Origin: Spirochaetota bacterium
GTDB lineage: Bacteria > Spirochaetota > UBA4802 > UBA5550
DNA: 64,000 nt
Direction: 5' to 3'
Assembly: GCA_029564515.1 (NCBI GenBank)
Contig: JAKQPV010000026.1
Span: 38,807 to 102,806, forward strand
Both the position numbers and the translations under genes were made by a program. Of this stretch, positions 9,310-18,232 are shown piece after piece. Under the pieces are notes generated by a model. That model had not been told where the DNA came from. It did no database searches and saw only the letters and a list, made by a program, of their open reading frames with translations. Each line of letters opens with the position of its first letter. The first letter of the stretch is position 1.

Positions 9310-9541
9310 ATGTATCTCCGGTACAAAATGCGTAATAGGGAGCGTGGCGCTCAAGCCGGTCTATTTATACAGAAAGGCCGGCCTCATGGCAAGTAAAATA
9401 ATCATCGAATGTTTGACGCCCCGCCCCGGGCCAAAGTTCCCGGGGGAAAAGAAAAAAACAGTTGAACAAATATTCCGGTTTATATGACCATCGTTACACG
9501 GGCGCGACCGGGCGCCCGCACCCATCCAAACGGAGCTGGCC

Positions 9542-10735
9542 ATGAGCGGCGTTGACATAAAGAAAAGCTACGAGGAAATAAACAGCAAAATCAGACAGGG
9601 AAAGGCGGTTGTCGTCACCGCGGACGAGATGCCGGGCATAGTCGCGAGCGAGGGGGTGGACGGCGCGTTCAGGAAAGTCGACGTGGTCACGACCGGCACC
9701 TTCGGCGCCATGTGTTCCTCCGGCGCGTTCATCAATTTCGGCCATACCAGCCCCCGCATGAAGGCCACGAAGGTGTGGCTTAACAACGTTGAGGCATACG
9801 GCGGGATCGCGGCCGTGGACTGCTATATCGGCGCCACCCAGGTTCAGGAGAACGACCCGCTCAACATGGTGCGGCCCGGTACCTTCAAGTACGGCGGCGG
9901 CCACGTTATCGAGGACCTGATATCCCGTAAGCGGGTGAAGCTCCGCGCCGTAGGCTACGGGACCGACTGCTATCCGCTGAAAGAGCACGAAGCGACCGTT
10001 ACGATCGACGATCTCCGGGACGCGATCATGTTCAATCCCCGCAACGCGTACCAGAACTACAACTGCGCGGTCAACCTGTCGCAGAAGACCATTTACACCT
10101 ACATGGGCATCCTGAAGCCGGACATGGCCAACGCCGGCTACTCGAGCGCGGGCCAGCTCTCGCCGCTGCTGAACGACCCCTATTACTGGACCATCGGCGC
10201 GGGCACGCGGATTTTCCTCTGCGGAGCGGCCGGGTCTGTCGCATGGCACGGCACGCAGCACGCGCCCGGATGCAAGCGCGGCCCCAACGGCATGCCGTGC
10301 GAGGGCGGCGGCACGCTCGCCGTCATCGGTGACATGAAGGGGATGGACCCGCGTTTCGTGCGGGGCGCCTCCTTCACCGGGTACGGCTGCTCGATGATGA
10401 TCGGCATCGGCATCCCCATCCCGATACTGAACCCCGACCTGGCCTATTTCACGGGCCAGTCCGACAAGGACCTCCGCTGCCCGGTGGTCGACTACGGAAG
10501 CGACTACCCCGCCATGGTCGGCAGGACGCTCGGCGAAGTGAGCTACGCGGAGCTGAAGAGCGGGAGCATCGAATTCATGGGAAAGACGATCCAGGCCGCT
10601 CCCCTGTCGAGCTACCCGATGGCCAGGAAGATCGCGACGATTCTGAAAGACTGGATACAGGGCGGCTTTGTCCTGGGCGTGCCGCAGACGCCGCTCCCGA
10701 CCGTGCCCTATGGCAGGGACAATGAAGCGCGCTGA
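9542..10735 (+). CDS. L-aspartate semialdehyde sulfurtransferase (homocysteine biosynthesis protein, DUF39/COG1900)
   Basis: VDVVTTGTFGAMCSSGAFINFGH, GGGHVIEDL, PRNAYQNY, AGQLSPLLNDP. Confidence 0.9.
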   Translation: MSGVDIKKSYEEINSKIRQGKAVVVTADEMPGIVASEGVDGAFRKVDVVTTGTFGAMCSSGAFINFGHTSPRMKATKVWLNNVEAYGGIAAVDCYIGATQVQENDPLNMVRPGTFKYGGGHVIEDLISRKRVKLRAVGYGTDCYPLKEHEATVTIDDLRDAIMFNPRNAYQNYNCAVNLSQKTIYTYMGILKPDMANAGYSSAGQLSPLLNDPYYWTIGAGTRIFLCGAAGSVAWHGTQHAPGCKRGPNGMPCEGGGTLAVIGDMKGMDPRFVRGASFTGYGCSMMIGIGIPIPILNPDLAYFTGQSDKDLRCPVVDYGSDYPAMVGRTLGEVSYAELKSGSIEFMGKTIQAAPLSSYPMARKIATILKDWIQGGFVLGVPQTPLPTVPYGRDNEAR

Positions 10736-11438
10736 GCGGTTTTATCGCGATTTCACCGACACGGCGAGATGGAAAAGCTTCCGCGTGAAGGTGGACACCT
10801 CGGACCTCTACATACGGGCTGATAAAGACCTTTCGGCAGTGGCCGAGAAAATCCTCCGCGCGCTGCGTGACCGGCTCTGGGAGCAGATCGACCGCCAGGG
10901 CGAGTTTCACACCGCGCTCGCGCCGGTAGGCCGCCTTGACGGCAGCCCGGAGATCGTGATCATGATGTACAATGCGTCCGAGCGTGCCGGCGTCGGCCCC
11001 ATGGCCGCGGTCGCCGGCGCGGTGGCCGAGCTGACCGGCCGGGCGCTCGCGCCGCAGTGCAGGGAGATCATCGTGGAAAACGGCGGCGACATATGGATGC
11101 AGCTCGAAGAGCCGGCCACGGTGACGATCTACCCGGGCGGGCACTATTTCAATGCCGTCGCGCTGAAGATCGATCCCCGGCACACGCCCTGCGGCGTGTG
11201 CACCTCCTCGGCGCGGATCGGCCCGTCGATCAGCTTCGGCATGGCGGACGCGGCCACGATCATCGCCCCGGATGCCGCGCTGGCGGACGCGATCGCGACG
11301 GACGTGTGCAACCGGGTGAAGAGCGAAGACGACATGGAGGAAGCTGCCGGCCGCGGCATGGAATGCGGCGCGACCGGCGTGGTCATCATATACCGGGACC
11401 GGCTCGTGGCCCGGGGAGAGGTGGAATTAACCAGATAG
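10722..11438 (+). CDS. UPF0280/ApbE-like protein (COG2122)
   Basis: AGVGPMAAVAGAVAE, IVENGGDI, GVCTSSARIGPSISFG, DAALADAIAT. Confidence 0.9.
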   Translation: MKRAERFYRDFTDTARWKSFRVKVDTSDLYIRADKDLSAVAEKILRALRDRLWEQIDRQGEFHTALAPVGRLDGSPEIVIMMYNASERAGVGPMAAVAGAVAELTGRALAPQCREIIVENGGDIWMQLEEPATVTIYPGGHYFNAVALKIDPRHTPCGVCTSSARIGPSISFGMADAATIIAPDAALADAIATDVCNRVKSEDDMEEAAGRGMECGATGVVIIYRDRLVARGEVELTR

Positions 11439-11463
11439 GTCCGCAAGCGCTTGCGGACCTATC
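11434..11463. repeat. Perfect 30-bp palindrome, copy 1
   Basis: GATAGGTCCGCAAGCGCTTGCGGACCTATC; identical copy at 14187-14216. Confidence 0.9.
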
Positions 11464-11488
11464 CCGGGATGTATTACGGAGAACGAAC

Positions 11489-11908
11489 ATGAAATCAAAA
11501 AACGTGCTTTTAATATTCGACAAGAAGATAATGTACAAGCCGCTCATATACAGGCTCGCAAAAGACTTTGATGTCATCTTCAACGTGCTTGAGGCGAAGA
11601 TACTCCCAAAGCTCGAGGGCCGGCTCATCCTTGAGCTTCGCGGCACGGACCAGTCGATCGATTCAAGCATCGCTTACCTGAGCAGCGAGGGCGTCACGGT
11701 CGAGACGCTGGTCGACAAGATACTGCGGGACGAGGAGCGCTGCATCGACTGCGGCGCCTGCACCTCGGTCTGCCGGGTCGACGCGCTCTGCATCGACCGC
11801 ACCACCATGGAGGTCACCTTTGATCACGAAAAGTGCGTGGCGTGCGGGATGTGCAAGCTCGCTTGTCCCGTTGGCGCCATGAGCGGGGCGAGCATCGATC
11901 TGGATTAG
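11489..11908 (+). CDS. NIL domain / 2x[4Fe-4S] ferredoxin (partner of the ASA sulfurtransferase)
   Basis: Start MKSKNV at 11489; NIL-type FNVLEAKI..EGRLILEL; CIDCGACTSVC and CVACGMCKLACP. Confidence 0.9.
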   Translation: MKSKNVLLIFDKKIMYKPLIYRLAKDFDVIFNVLEAKILPKLEGRLILELRGTDQSIDSSIAYLSSEGVTVETLVDKILRDEERCIDCGACTSVCRVDALCIDRTTMEVTFDHEKCVACGMCKLACPVGAMSGASIDLD

Positions 11909-11923
11909 TATAATAAGGAGGAA

Positions 11924-12081
11924 GAGGACGCCGTCCTTGTCCTCCTTTAACCTCCATCTCCTGCCGCTCGCCGCGGGGGCTTCGGGACAAATTCGGTCGC
12001 TCTCGGCCATCCATGGCCTCCGCGACACTCGGCCCTCCTGGCCAGCGCCAATCGGCTTCGCCGAATCCGGCTCAATTGCCC
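11924..12081. repeat. Multi-hairpin REP-like element
   Basis: Hairpins GGCCATCCATGGCC, GGCCCTCCTGGCC and CGGCTTCGCCG; similar hairpin pair at 24468-24507. Confidence 0.45.
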
Positions 12082-12092
12082 TAATGATGAAC

Positions 12093-12161
12093 AAAAAATC
12101 CGCTCCAGATGAGCGGATTTTTTATCCCAAAACTGTTCACTATTCACTATCAACTATTCAC
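12093..12161. terminator. Bidirectional terminator with adjacent heptamer tandem repeats
   Basis: AAAAAATCCGCTC-CAGAT-GAGCGGATTTTTT, then TGTTCAC TATTCAC TATCAAC TATTCAC, between convergent genes. Confidence 0.75.
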
Positions 12162-12165
12162 TGTC

Positions 12166-12825
12166 TTACCACTGGTCATTCTGCTTGCTTCCGCCATGCT
12201 CCTTCACGGTCGCCATCAAATCATCAAGATATATGTATTCCCACTGGGAAGGTTTACCCGTAGATACGGTGGTCCTGTACTGGATGCTCATGATTTTAAT
12301 GGTTTTCTTCTTGTTCTGGAAAGCATTCCCCTGGTTTATCTTATTCGTCAGCAGAACGGTAAACTGCTTCCAGCCCAGAAAGTTGATTACCGGGACAACG
12401 ACAAGCCTGTGGCTGACCTGGTCTGCGTCCTGAAGCATCAGGGAAATCTCTCCGTATGTTTTTTCCCCATACACCCATAACGATATGGATTTGCAATAAT
12501 TCTCCAGTATGATTTCTTTCGGCGGTTTTATGACAAACGTATCGCTGCCCCGCGTTTTAACCTTTATACCAAGGTATTTCTTCGAGTTGGCCGTGGCAGG
12601 GGACTCGTTCCGGATTGAGAGACCAGCCTCCTGGTCGGACGAGACACTATAGGTGATGTCTTTGTTCGAAAATGGTGTTGTTTCAAAATCTTCCAGCATG
12701 ACCTCTTGTAGAACTACCATCGTGCTGGCCGGTTTTTTGTCCTGCTTTTCAATGCCTTTTTCCTGGGTATAAAGGGGCGTCGCCAATGCAAGTGCCGCTA
12801 CTACCATAAGAAGTTTCTTGAACAT
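12166..12825 (-). CDS. flaA: Flagellar filament outer layer (sheath) protein FlaA
   Basis: Signal peptide; LEDFE, KYLGIKV, KSISLWVYG, INFLGWKQF, YIYLDDL and terminal DQW typical of spirochete FlaA; start MFKKLL. Confidence 0.8.
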   Translation of the reverse strand: MFKKLLMVVAALALATPLYTQEKGIEKQDKKPASTMVVLQEVMLEDFETTPFSNKDITYSVSSDQEAGLSIRNESPATANSKKYLGIKVKTRGSDTFVIKPPKEIILENYCKSISLWVYGEKTYGEISLMLQDADQVSHRLVVVPVINFLGWKQFTVLLTNKINQGNAFQNKKKTIKIMSIQYRTTVSTGKPSQWEYIYLDDLMATVKEHGGSKQNDQW

Positions 12826-13033
12826 TGTGAAATCCTCCAAATTTTATTGCTACGCAGACATTCAACAAATACCCTTTTCGTGTCAACACAATCCAATTTT
12901 TTTCTGCACACATGCGAGGATCTTCATTGAATAGTTTAGTTTTACTTAACAGAATTTCTGTTTTTTCCCGCCCTTTGTGTGGAATATCGGGGTTTCGCGC
13001 CAGTCTACAAGGCAGGTGCGCCAAATCGGGGGC

Positions 13034-14164
13034 CTAAAACTTCTTCCCGAAAAACCGATACGTTTTATATATCTTCGCACCCATGTGCACCAGGGCGTTA
13101 TTCATGCTGTGGTTGTTCTCCACGATAAGCGACATGTCGGCCATGGTATAACCGTGCTTTTTCGCCCGCTCGGCCGTCTCCACGTAAAAATAGGCGTCCA
13201 GGCCCCGCATGCGGAACTCCGGCCTGATCCCCATCAATATCGTTTTAAGCCGGTCAACGCTTCTCATGCCCCACAGGATTTTCAGAAGTCCGAAGGGGAA
13301 GAGCCTCCCGTTGGCCGCCTGCAGCGCGGGGTTGACGTCCGGTATCGAGAGAATAAAGCCGGCCGCTTCGCCGTTATACTCGGCAATAAGCACGAACTCC
13401 GGCTTGACGATTTCCCGGAGCTCCTTCACCGTGTGGGCCATCTGTTTCTCGGTCATGGGGTAATGGCCCCAGTTCTCTCCCCATGCCTCGTTGAAAATGG
13501 TGAAGATCTTCGATTTTTCTTCATCGAACTTCTTTAGATTGAGCTCGCGAATCACCAGCCCGTCCTTGTGCGCCGCCAGGTCCTTTTTCACCTTCTCCCA
13601 TATCTTGTAAAAAAGCTTTGGAAAACGCTCTTCCACCGTGAGCTTGTAGGCGTACCAGTCGATATTTTTCCGGAACCCGTAATCCTCGTACAGGCCCGGG
13701 TAATAGGACGGGTTGTAGGCCAGCTCGACCGCGGGGATATTGTCGTAATCGTCCATCAGCACGCCCGGCGTATCATAGAGCGTGAAGTTGAAGGGCCCCT
13801 GCATGTCGGCCATTCCCTCCCCCTTCAGCCATTCCTCGGCGGCGCCGAACAGCGCGCGGGACACACCGGTATCGTTCAATGATTCGAAGAAGCCTACGCA
13901 CCCGCGCTTCTCCCTGAAGTATTCGTTATGACGATTATCGTAATGCGCTATGATCCTTCCGACGATCTCGCCGTCCCGACAGGCAAGGAACGGCTGGATC
14001 ACGCCGACTTCATGGTAGGGCCCGGCACAAATCAGGTTAACCTGGTCGCCGATGAGGGGCGGCACCCAGTACGGATTTCCGCGGTAAAACCGCCAGGCGG
14101 AGGTGACGAATGTTTTTATTTCGGGTTTCGTGCTGCGAAGGGGTTTGATTATTACAGGTGACAT
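13034..14164 (-). CDS. YghO-family double GNAT; bacterial ceramide synthase (bCerS)-like
   Basis: WVPPL, VGRI.A, GFFES, GPFNFT, YNPSYY, FNEAWGENWGH.P, IPDVN, GIRPEFR.RG, KTYR; adjacent to the SPT-like gene. Confidence 0.8.
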   Translation of the reverse strand: MSPVIIKPLRSTKPEIKTFVTSAWRFYRGNPYWVPPLIGDQVNLICAGPYHEVGVIQPFLACRDGEIVGRIIAHYDNRHNEYFREKRGCVGFFESLNDTGVSRALFGAAEEWLKGEGMADMQGPFNFTLYDTPGVLMDDYDNIPAVELAYNPSYYPGLYEDYGFRKNIDWYAYKLTVEERFPKLFYKIWEKVKKDLAAHKDGLVIRELNLKKFDEEKSKIFTIFNEAWGENWGHYPMTEKQMAHTVKELREIVKPEFVLIAEYNGEAAGFILSIPDVNPALQAANGRLFPFGLLKILWGMRSVDRLKTILMGIRPEFRMRGLDAYFYVETAERAKKHGYTMADMSLIVENNHSMNNALVHMGAKIYKTYRFFGKKF

Positions 14165-14184
14165 CAGTTAATACCTTTCACATT

Positions 14185-14218
14185 CCGATAGGTCCGCAAG
14201 CGCTTGCGGACCTATCGG
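14185..14218. repeat. Perfect palindrome, copy 2 (34 bp)
   Basis: CCGATAGGTCCGCAAGCGCTTGCGGACCTATCGG. Confidence 0.9.
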
Positions 14219-14302
14219 TTTTATCGCTCATTCAAGGAGGCGATTTGTTTTCCCCCACCTCCCCTGTTTAGGGGAGAGGCGTCCGCAGGCCGGATGGGCG
14301 TG

Positions 14303-15496
14303 TTATACTATCCCCAGCTTTTTCCCCACTTTCGCGAAGACGTCCATGCTGAAGTCCAGGTCTTCCTTCGTATGGGTGGCCATGACCCCGAGCCGTATCC
14401 GGGACTCGGCGGGCGCGACCGCCGGGTGAACAATAGGAGAGGCGTAGACCCCTTCGTCGAAAATCATCTTGTTAAAGGTCATGGTCTTTTCCACGTCGCG
14501 GATCAGGAGCGGGACCACCGCGGTGCGCGACGGGCCGGTGTCAAACCCGCGCTCCTTGAGGCCGGCCAGGAAGTAGTTGATGTTGTCCCAGAGCTGCTGC
14601 CGCCACTGAGGCTCCTCGTCCAGGAGCTCAAACGACTTGTATACACCGGCTGCCGTCATGGGCGGCAGCGAGGCCGAGAAAATGTACGCCGAGGCCGCGT
14701 GCCGCAGGTGGTCAATGAAATCGGCCGGCCCGGCCACGAACCCGCCGACCGCACCGGCGAACTTGGAAAAGGTCCCGGCCACGACGTCGGCAGCATCCGG
14801 CAGGCCGAACTGGTCCGGCAGGCCGTACCCGCGCTTGCCGAGCACGCCGAGGCTGTGCGCCTCGTCGATCAGGAGCAGCGCGTCATGCTTGTCCTTAAGC
14901 ACCTGCAGCTTCGCCAGGTCTGCCAGGTCGCCGTCCATGCTGTAAACCGAGTCGACCAGAATCAGCATGCGGGCGTACTTTTTCCTGACCCGTTCCAGGA
15001 GCGAGTCCAGATCCTCGGTATCATTGTGGAGCCACATCCGGCGATCGGCCCCGGAGAGGGTTACGCCGTCCACGATGCTCCGATGCACCAGGCTGTCCAT
15101 GAGGGCTACGTCGCCCTTACCGATGGTCGCCTGTATGCCGGCTACGAGGGCCTGGTAGCCGCTCGCGCAGATAACGCACGCTTCTTTCTCGTACACGCGG
15201 GCGATCTTTTCCTGGAGCCGGTAGTGGACCTCAGTGGTGCCGCAGGCGAGCGGCGAACCGCCGATGCCGAGCCCGTATTTCTCTACCCCGGCAAGGACCG
15301 CTTCCTTCACCTTCGGGTGGGTCGAGAATCCGAGGTAATTGTTGGAGATGAAATTTACACGCTCTTTGCCCGCGACCACGATGCGGTTCCGGCAGGCGGA
15401 GGTGACTTCAAGGCTGTATGTGTAGATATTGGCTTTTCGCAGGGTCCCCAGTAAAACGGCTTGCTGCTTCATTGCGTCGCTGATTAATGCACTCAT
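14303..15496 (-). CDS. Alpha-oxoamine synthase family PLP enzyme, probable serine palmitoyltransferase
   Basis: SNNYLG, HND, DSVYSMDGD, IDEAHSLG and GTFSK (PLP lysine); located between the ACP and bCerS-like genes. Confidence 0.8.
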   Translation of the reverse strand: MSALISDAMKQQAVLLGTLRKANIYTYSLEVTSACRNRIVVAGKERVNFISNNYLGFSTHPKVKEAVLAGVEKYGLGIGGSPLACGTTEVHYRLQEKIARVYEKEACVICASGYQALVAGIQATIGKGDVALMDSLVHRSIVDGVTLSGADRRMWLHNDTEDLDSLLERVRKKYARMLILVDSVYSMDGDLADLAKLQVLKDKHDALLLIDEAHSLGVLGKRGYGLPDQFGLPDAADVVAGTFSKFAGAVGGFVAGPADFIDHLRHAASAYIFSASLPPMTAAGVYKSFELLDEEPQWRQQLWDNINYFLAGLKERGFDTGPSRTAVVPLLIRDVEKTMTFNKMIFDEGVYASPIVHPAVAPAESRIRLGVMATHTKEDLDFSMDVFAKVGKKLGIV

Positions 15497-15538
15497 TGAT
15501 AATTCCCCGTTTGAGATAAAATGAAGGCCGGTTACGGC

Positions 15539-15790
15539 CTATGATAGCTTTGTTTCCAGGTAGCGTATGACCTCAGCTACCGTCTGGAGGTCCATGATCT
15601 CGTCTATTTCGGGATCGAAATCGTACAGCTCGGTGATGCGGGATATCGCCTCCATGCTCTTGAGACTGTCGAAGCCCAGGTCGTCGCGGAACCTGTCTTC
15701 GTTCCTGATTTTATCCGCCGCCCTCCCCGACAGCTTCGCCACAATGGCGAGAAAGTCTTTCCTGATCTGCTCGGCCGGTATGCTGCCCAT
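15539..15790 (-). CDS. Acyl carrier protein
   Basis: AGGAGG RBS before MGSIPAEQ; DDLGFDSL phosphopantetheine site; [11 protein letters not shown]. Confidence 0.9.
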   Translation of the reverse strand: MGSIPAEQIRKDFLAIVAKLSGRAADKIRNEDRFRDDLGFDSLKSMEAISRITELYDFDPEIDEIMDLQTVAEVIRYLETKLS

Positions 15791-15910
15791 TGCATCCTCC
15801 TTTAATAATGCGGCCCCGCTCCTGGCGGGGCTTACCGGCGTATTCTGAAACACGCCGGTTTTATTTCAATGAATATTTACGCCGGCTTCCCGGTGCTCCG
15901 CGCGGCCCGT

Positions 15911-17737
15911 CTACCGGGTGAACCGCCTTCTGAAAAGATGAAAATGGCTCATGAGGAAGGTCCGCGCCAGCACCATCATGTTCCTGCTCTTGTTTTCCAG
16001 GAAATTGTCCTCAAGGTATATCTTCTTGCAGAGGATACGCTGGGTCTTGCCGCTCGTGGTCTTCGGAATCGTGCCCTTGGGCACCAGCATGATGTCGTCG
16101 GGCGCGATGCCCAGCCGCGCCAGCACCTCGGCATGGATCTCCTTCCTGATGCGCTCCATCTCATCGCGGCTCTTCTCCGTTGTTTCGCACACGAGCACCA
16201 GGTCCTCGGTCCCCTGGCCCTCGTTGTGAACGTCAAATGCCGCGCAGCAGCCGAGCCGCACGCCTTTCACGGTCGAGGCGATACGCTCGACGTCATACGG
16301 GTAGATGTTCTTCCCTCGCTTGATGATCATCTCCTTCTTGCGGCCCGAGATGAACAGCATGCCGTCGAGGACGAAGCCCATGTCGCCGGTATGGAGCCAG
16401 CCGCCCTTGAGGGTCTGCTTCGAAGCCTCCCGGTTCTTGTAATACCCGGTGGTCATGCTCGGGCTCTTTACCAGGATCTCGCCGACCTCCCGCTCGTGGA
16501 GCGTGGCGCCCGCCTCGTCGGCGATGCGGATCTCCTGGCCCACCAGCGGGTAGCCGACGGAAACCAGGTCGATGTATTCCTTCGAGTTCTCGCTCGTCGA
16601 GTCCACGGCGAGCAGTTGCTCCTCGAGCTTCGCCCGGGAAAAGCGGCGCACCACGGTGGTCTGCAGCAGCGAGGGGAAGGTGGCAGCCAGGCTGTTTTCC
16701 GCCATACCGTACACCGGCAGGAAGATATCGTCCCGGAGGCCGCAGGGCCGGAACTTCTCGAGGAACTTTGTCAGGGTCGAGCGGTCGATCGGCTCCGCAC
16801 CGTTGAGGGCGAGCCGCCACGAGCTCAGGTCCAGTCTGACCACGTCCGCGTTGTCGATACGGGTCACGCAGTAGTGATAGCCGAAATTGGGCGCGACCCC
16901 CATGGTCACGCGGTAGCGCGAGATGTTCTCGAGCCACCAGAAGGGGCGGAAGATGAAGGCCTCGGGCAGCATCAGCACCATGGTCAGGCCCCAGTAGAGG
17001 GTGCTCAGGAAGCCGCCGATGAGGCCCATGTCGTGGTACATCGGGAGCCAGCTGATACCCACGTCGTCGGGCCTCATCTCGCTGGCAAGCCCGATGCCGT
17101 GAATGTTATGCAGGAGGTTGCGGTGCGACAGCATGACGCCCTTCGGCTTTCCGGTCGTCCCCGACGTGTACTGGATCAGGGCCAGGTCGTCCGGATTCAC
17201 CTCTGGCAGGCGGCGGTACTGCTCTGCCGGCACCGCATTGGCGAGGATCTCATCATCGAAGATGAATCCCTTCACCAGGTTCGAGATGTTCATGAGACTT
17301 GCGGCGATGACCTTTATCTTCTCGTACGTGATGAAGTACTTCGCCTCGCAGTCCTGGATTATATGCGTAAGGTTGTCGAGGTACTTGGCAAGGTTGTTGG
17401 TCCCCGCAGGCTGGCTCACCGGCACCGGAACGCCGCCGGCGAAGAGAATGCCGAAATATACATACGCGAAATTCGGACCGGTCGGCAGCATGATAACGAC
17501 CTTGTCGTCTTTTTCAAGCCCGCGGACCGCCAGGTACTGCGCGACTGCCTTTGCACCGGCCAGGACCTGGGGAGCCGAAACCGTCGTCGGCCTGTTTTTA
17601 AGGTCCATGAAAGTCAGGAAATCCGGACGTCCCGCCGCCCTGTTCACGAGTGCCTCGTTCAGCGTATTCGCCTTCAGCTCATACTGCTCGATATTTTTTT
17701 GATGCGCCAGTTTCTTTGTTTGCGAGACTGCTTTCAT
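15911..17737 (-). CDS. Fatty acyl-AMP ligase (FAAL)
   Basis: QYTSGTTGKPKGV, SWLPMYHDMGLIG, GAEPI, YGMAE followed by a FAAL-type insertion, LHTGDMG, IPKTTSGK. Confidence 0.9.
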   Translation of the reverse strand: MKAVSQTKKLAHQKNIEQYELKANTLNEALVNRAAGRPDFLTFMDLKNRPTTVSAPQVLAGAKAVAQYLAVRGLEKDDKVVIMLPTGPNFAYVYFGILFAGGVPVPVSQPAGTNNLAKYLDNLTHIIQDCEAKYFITYEKIKVIAASLMNISNLVKGFIFDDEILANAVPAEQYRRLPEVNPDDLALIQYTSGTTGKPKGVMLSHRNLLHNIHGIGLASEMRPDDVGISWLPMYHDMGLIGGFLSTLYWGLTMVLMLPEAFIFRPFWWLENISRYRVTMGVAPNFGYHYCVTRIDNADVVRLDLSSWRLALNGAEPIDRSTLTKFLEKFRPCGLRDDIFLPVYGMAENSLAATFPSLLQTTVVRRFSRAKLEEQLLAVDSTSENSKEYIDLVSVGYPLVGQEIRIADEAGATLHEREVGEILVKSPSMTTGYYKNREASKQTLKGGWLHTGDMGFVLDGMLFISGRKKEMIIKRGKNIYPYDVERIASTVKGVRLGCCAAFDVHNEGQGTEDLVLVCETTEKSRDEMERIRKEIHAEVLARLGIAPDDIMLVPKGTIPKTTSGKTQRILCKKIYLEDNFLENKSRNMMVLARTFLMSHFHLFRRRFTR

Positions 17738-17935
17738 TTTTTTATCCTTACCTGTTTTTTTTTACGATTATACTATTTCCCTCTTTAAATTAAATTAAAG
17801 ATCACGAACCGGCTTCATTATTCTCTTGATGAATGGAAAAGTCAGAACAATGCTTTTCGTGCTTTCAAGGGAGAAATTGAGACAATCGTTTAGATCTGCT
17901 TTTTTTTCTTTTGTCAGACATTGAATGTAATATAA

Positions 17936-17952
17936 AGCAAGTTCCGTGCCAA
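17936..17952 (-). promoter_or_regulatory. Sigma54 (-24/-12) promoter of the FAAL-ACP-SPT-GNAT operon
   Basis: Minus strand reads TTGGCACGGAACTTGCT, matching YTGGCACG-N4-TTGCW, about 200 bp upstream of the FAAL start. Confidence 0.85.
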
Positions 17953-18232
17953 CTTAATTTTTTATATTTTTTTAATCCCTGATAAATCGAGGGGTTACAC
18001 ATGATATATACAGATGGTTTCTGAATAGGCCGTTTTGCCCGAAAAATTCATACCCTGTATCATATATACAACAGACATAATCCGTTATTTGTCACTTTTC
18101 AGCAAACCGCTCCCGTATTGTTATTACAAGGAATAATCATTGACATCGGGAATCAGCAGGGGCCAATTCTACAACTGCTTTCTGCAGAAGCTCCGCAGCG
18201 CGGGGATAATGATATCGGGAGGAGGACCGGGT

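Noticed and set aside
9361-9541. SAM riboswitch upstream of the homocysteine operon
   Set aside because: No SAM-I core motifs or terminator are visible.
11057-11488. Long N-terminal extension of the NIL-ferredoxin ORF
   Set aside because: Overlaps the UPF0280 gene out of frame; the likely start is 11489 after GGAGA.
11434-14218. CRISPR interpretation of the 30-bp palindromes
   Set aside because: Only two copies, 2.7 kb apart, with no spacer array or cas genes.
14251-14300. C-tract/G-tract hairpins here and at 39658-39708
   Set aside because: Possibly degenerate REP remnants, but their similarity to each other is too weak to support a family.
14204-15454. 416-aa ORF antisense to the SPT-like gene
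   Set aside because: Shadow ORF; the minus-strand frame carries all the PLP enzyme motifs.
14303-15496. Calling the PLP enzyme bioF or kbl
   Set aside because: No bio or tdh genes are nearby; the FAAL/ACP/GNAT/KDSR context favours long-chain base synthesis. No symbol is given because the substrate is unproven.
15869-17788. 639-aa ORF antisense to the FAAL gene
   Set aside because: Shadow frame of a GC-rich gene with strong codon bias; no RBS or recognisable motifs. The same applies to the many other antisense ORFs in the track.
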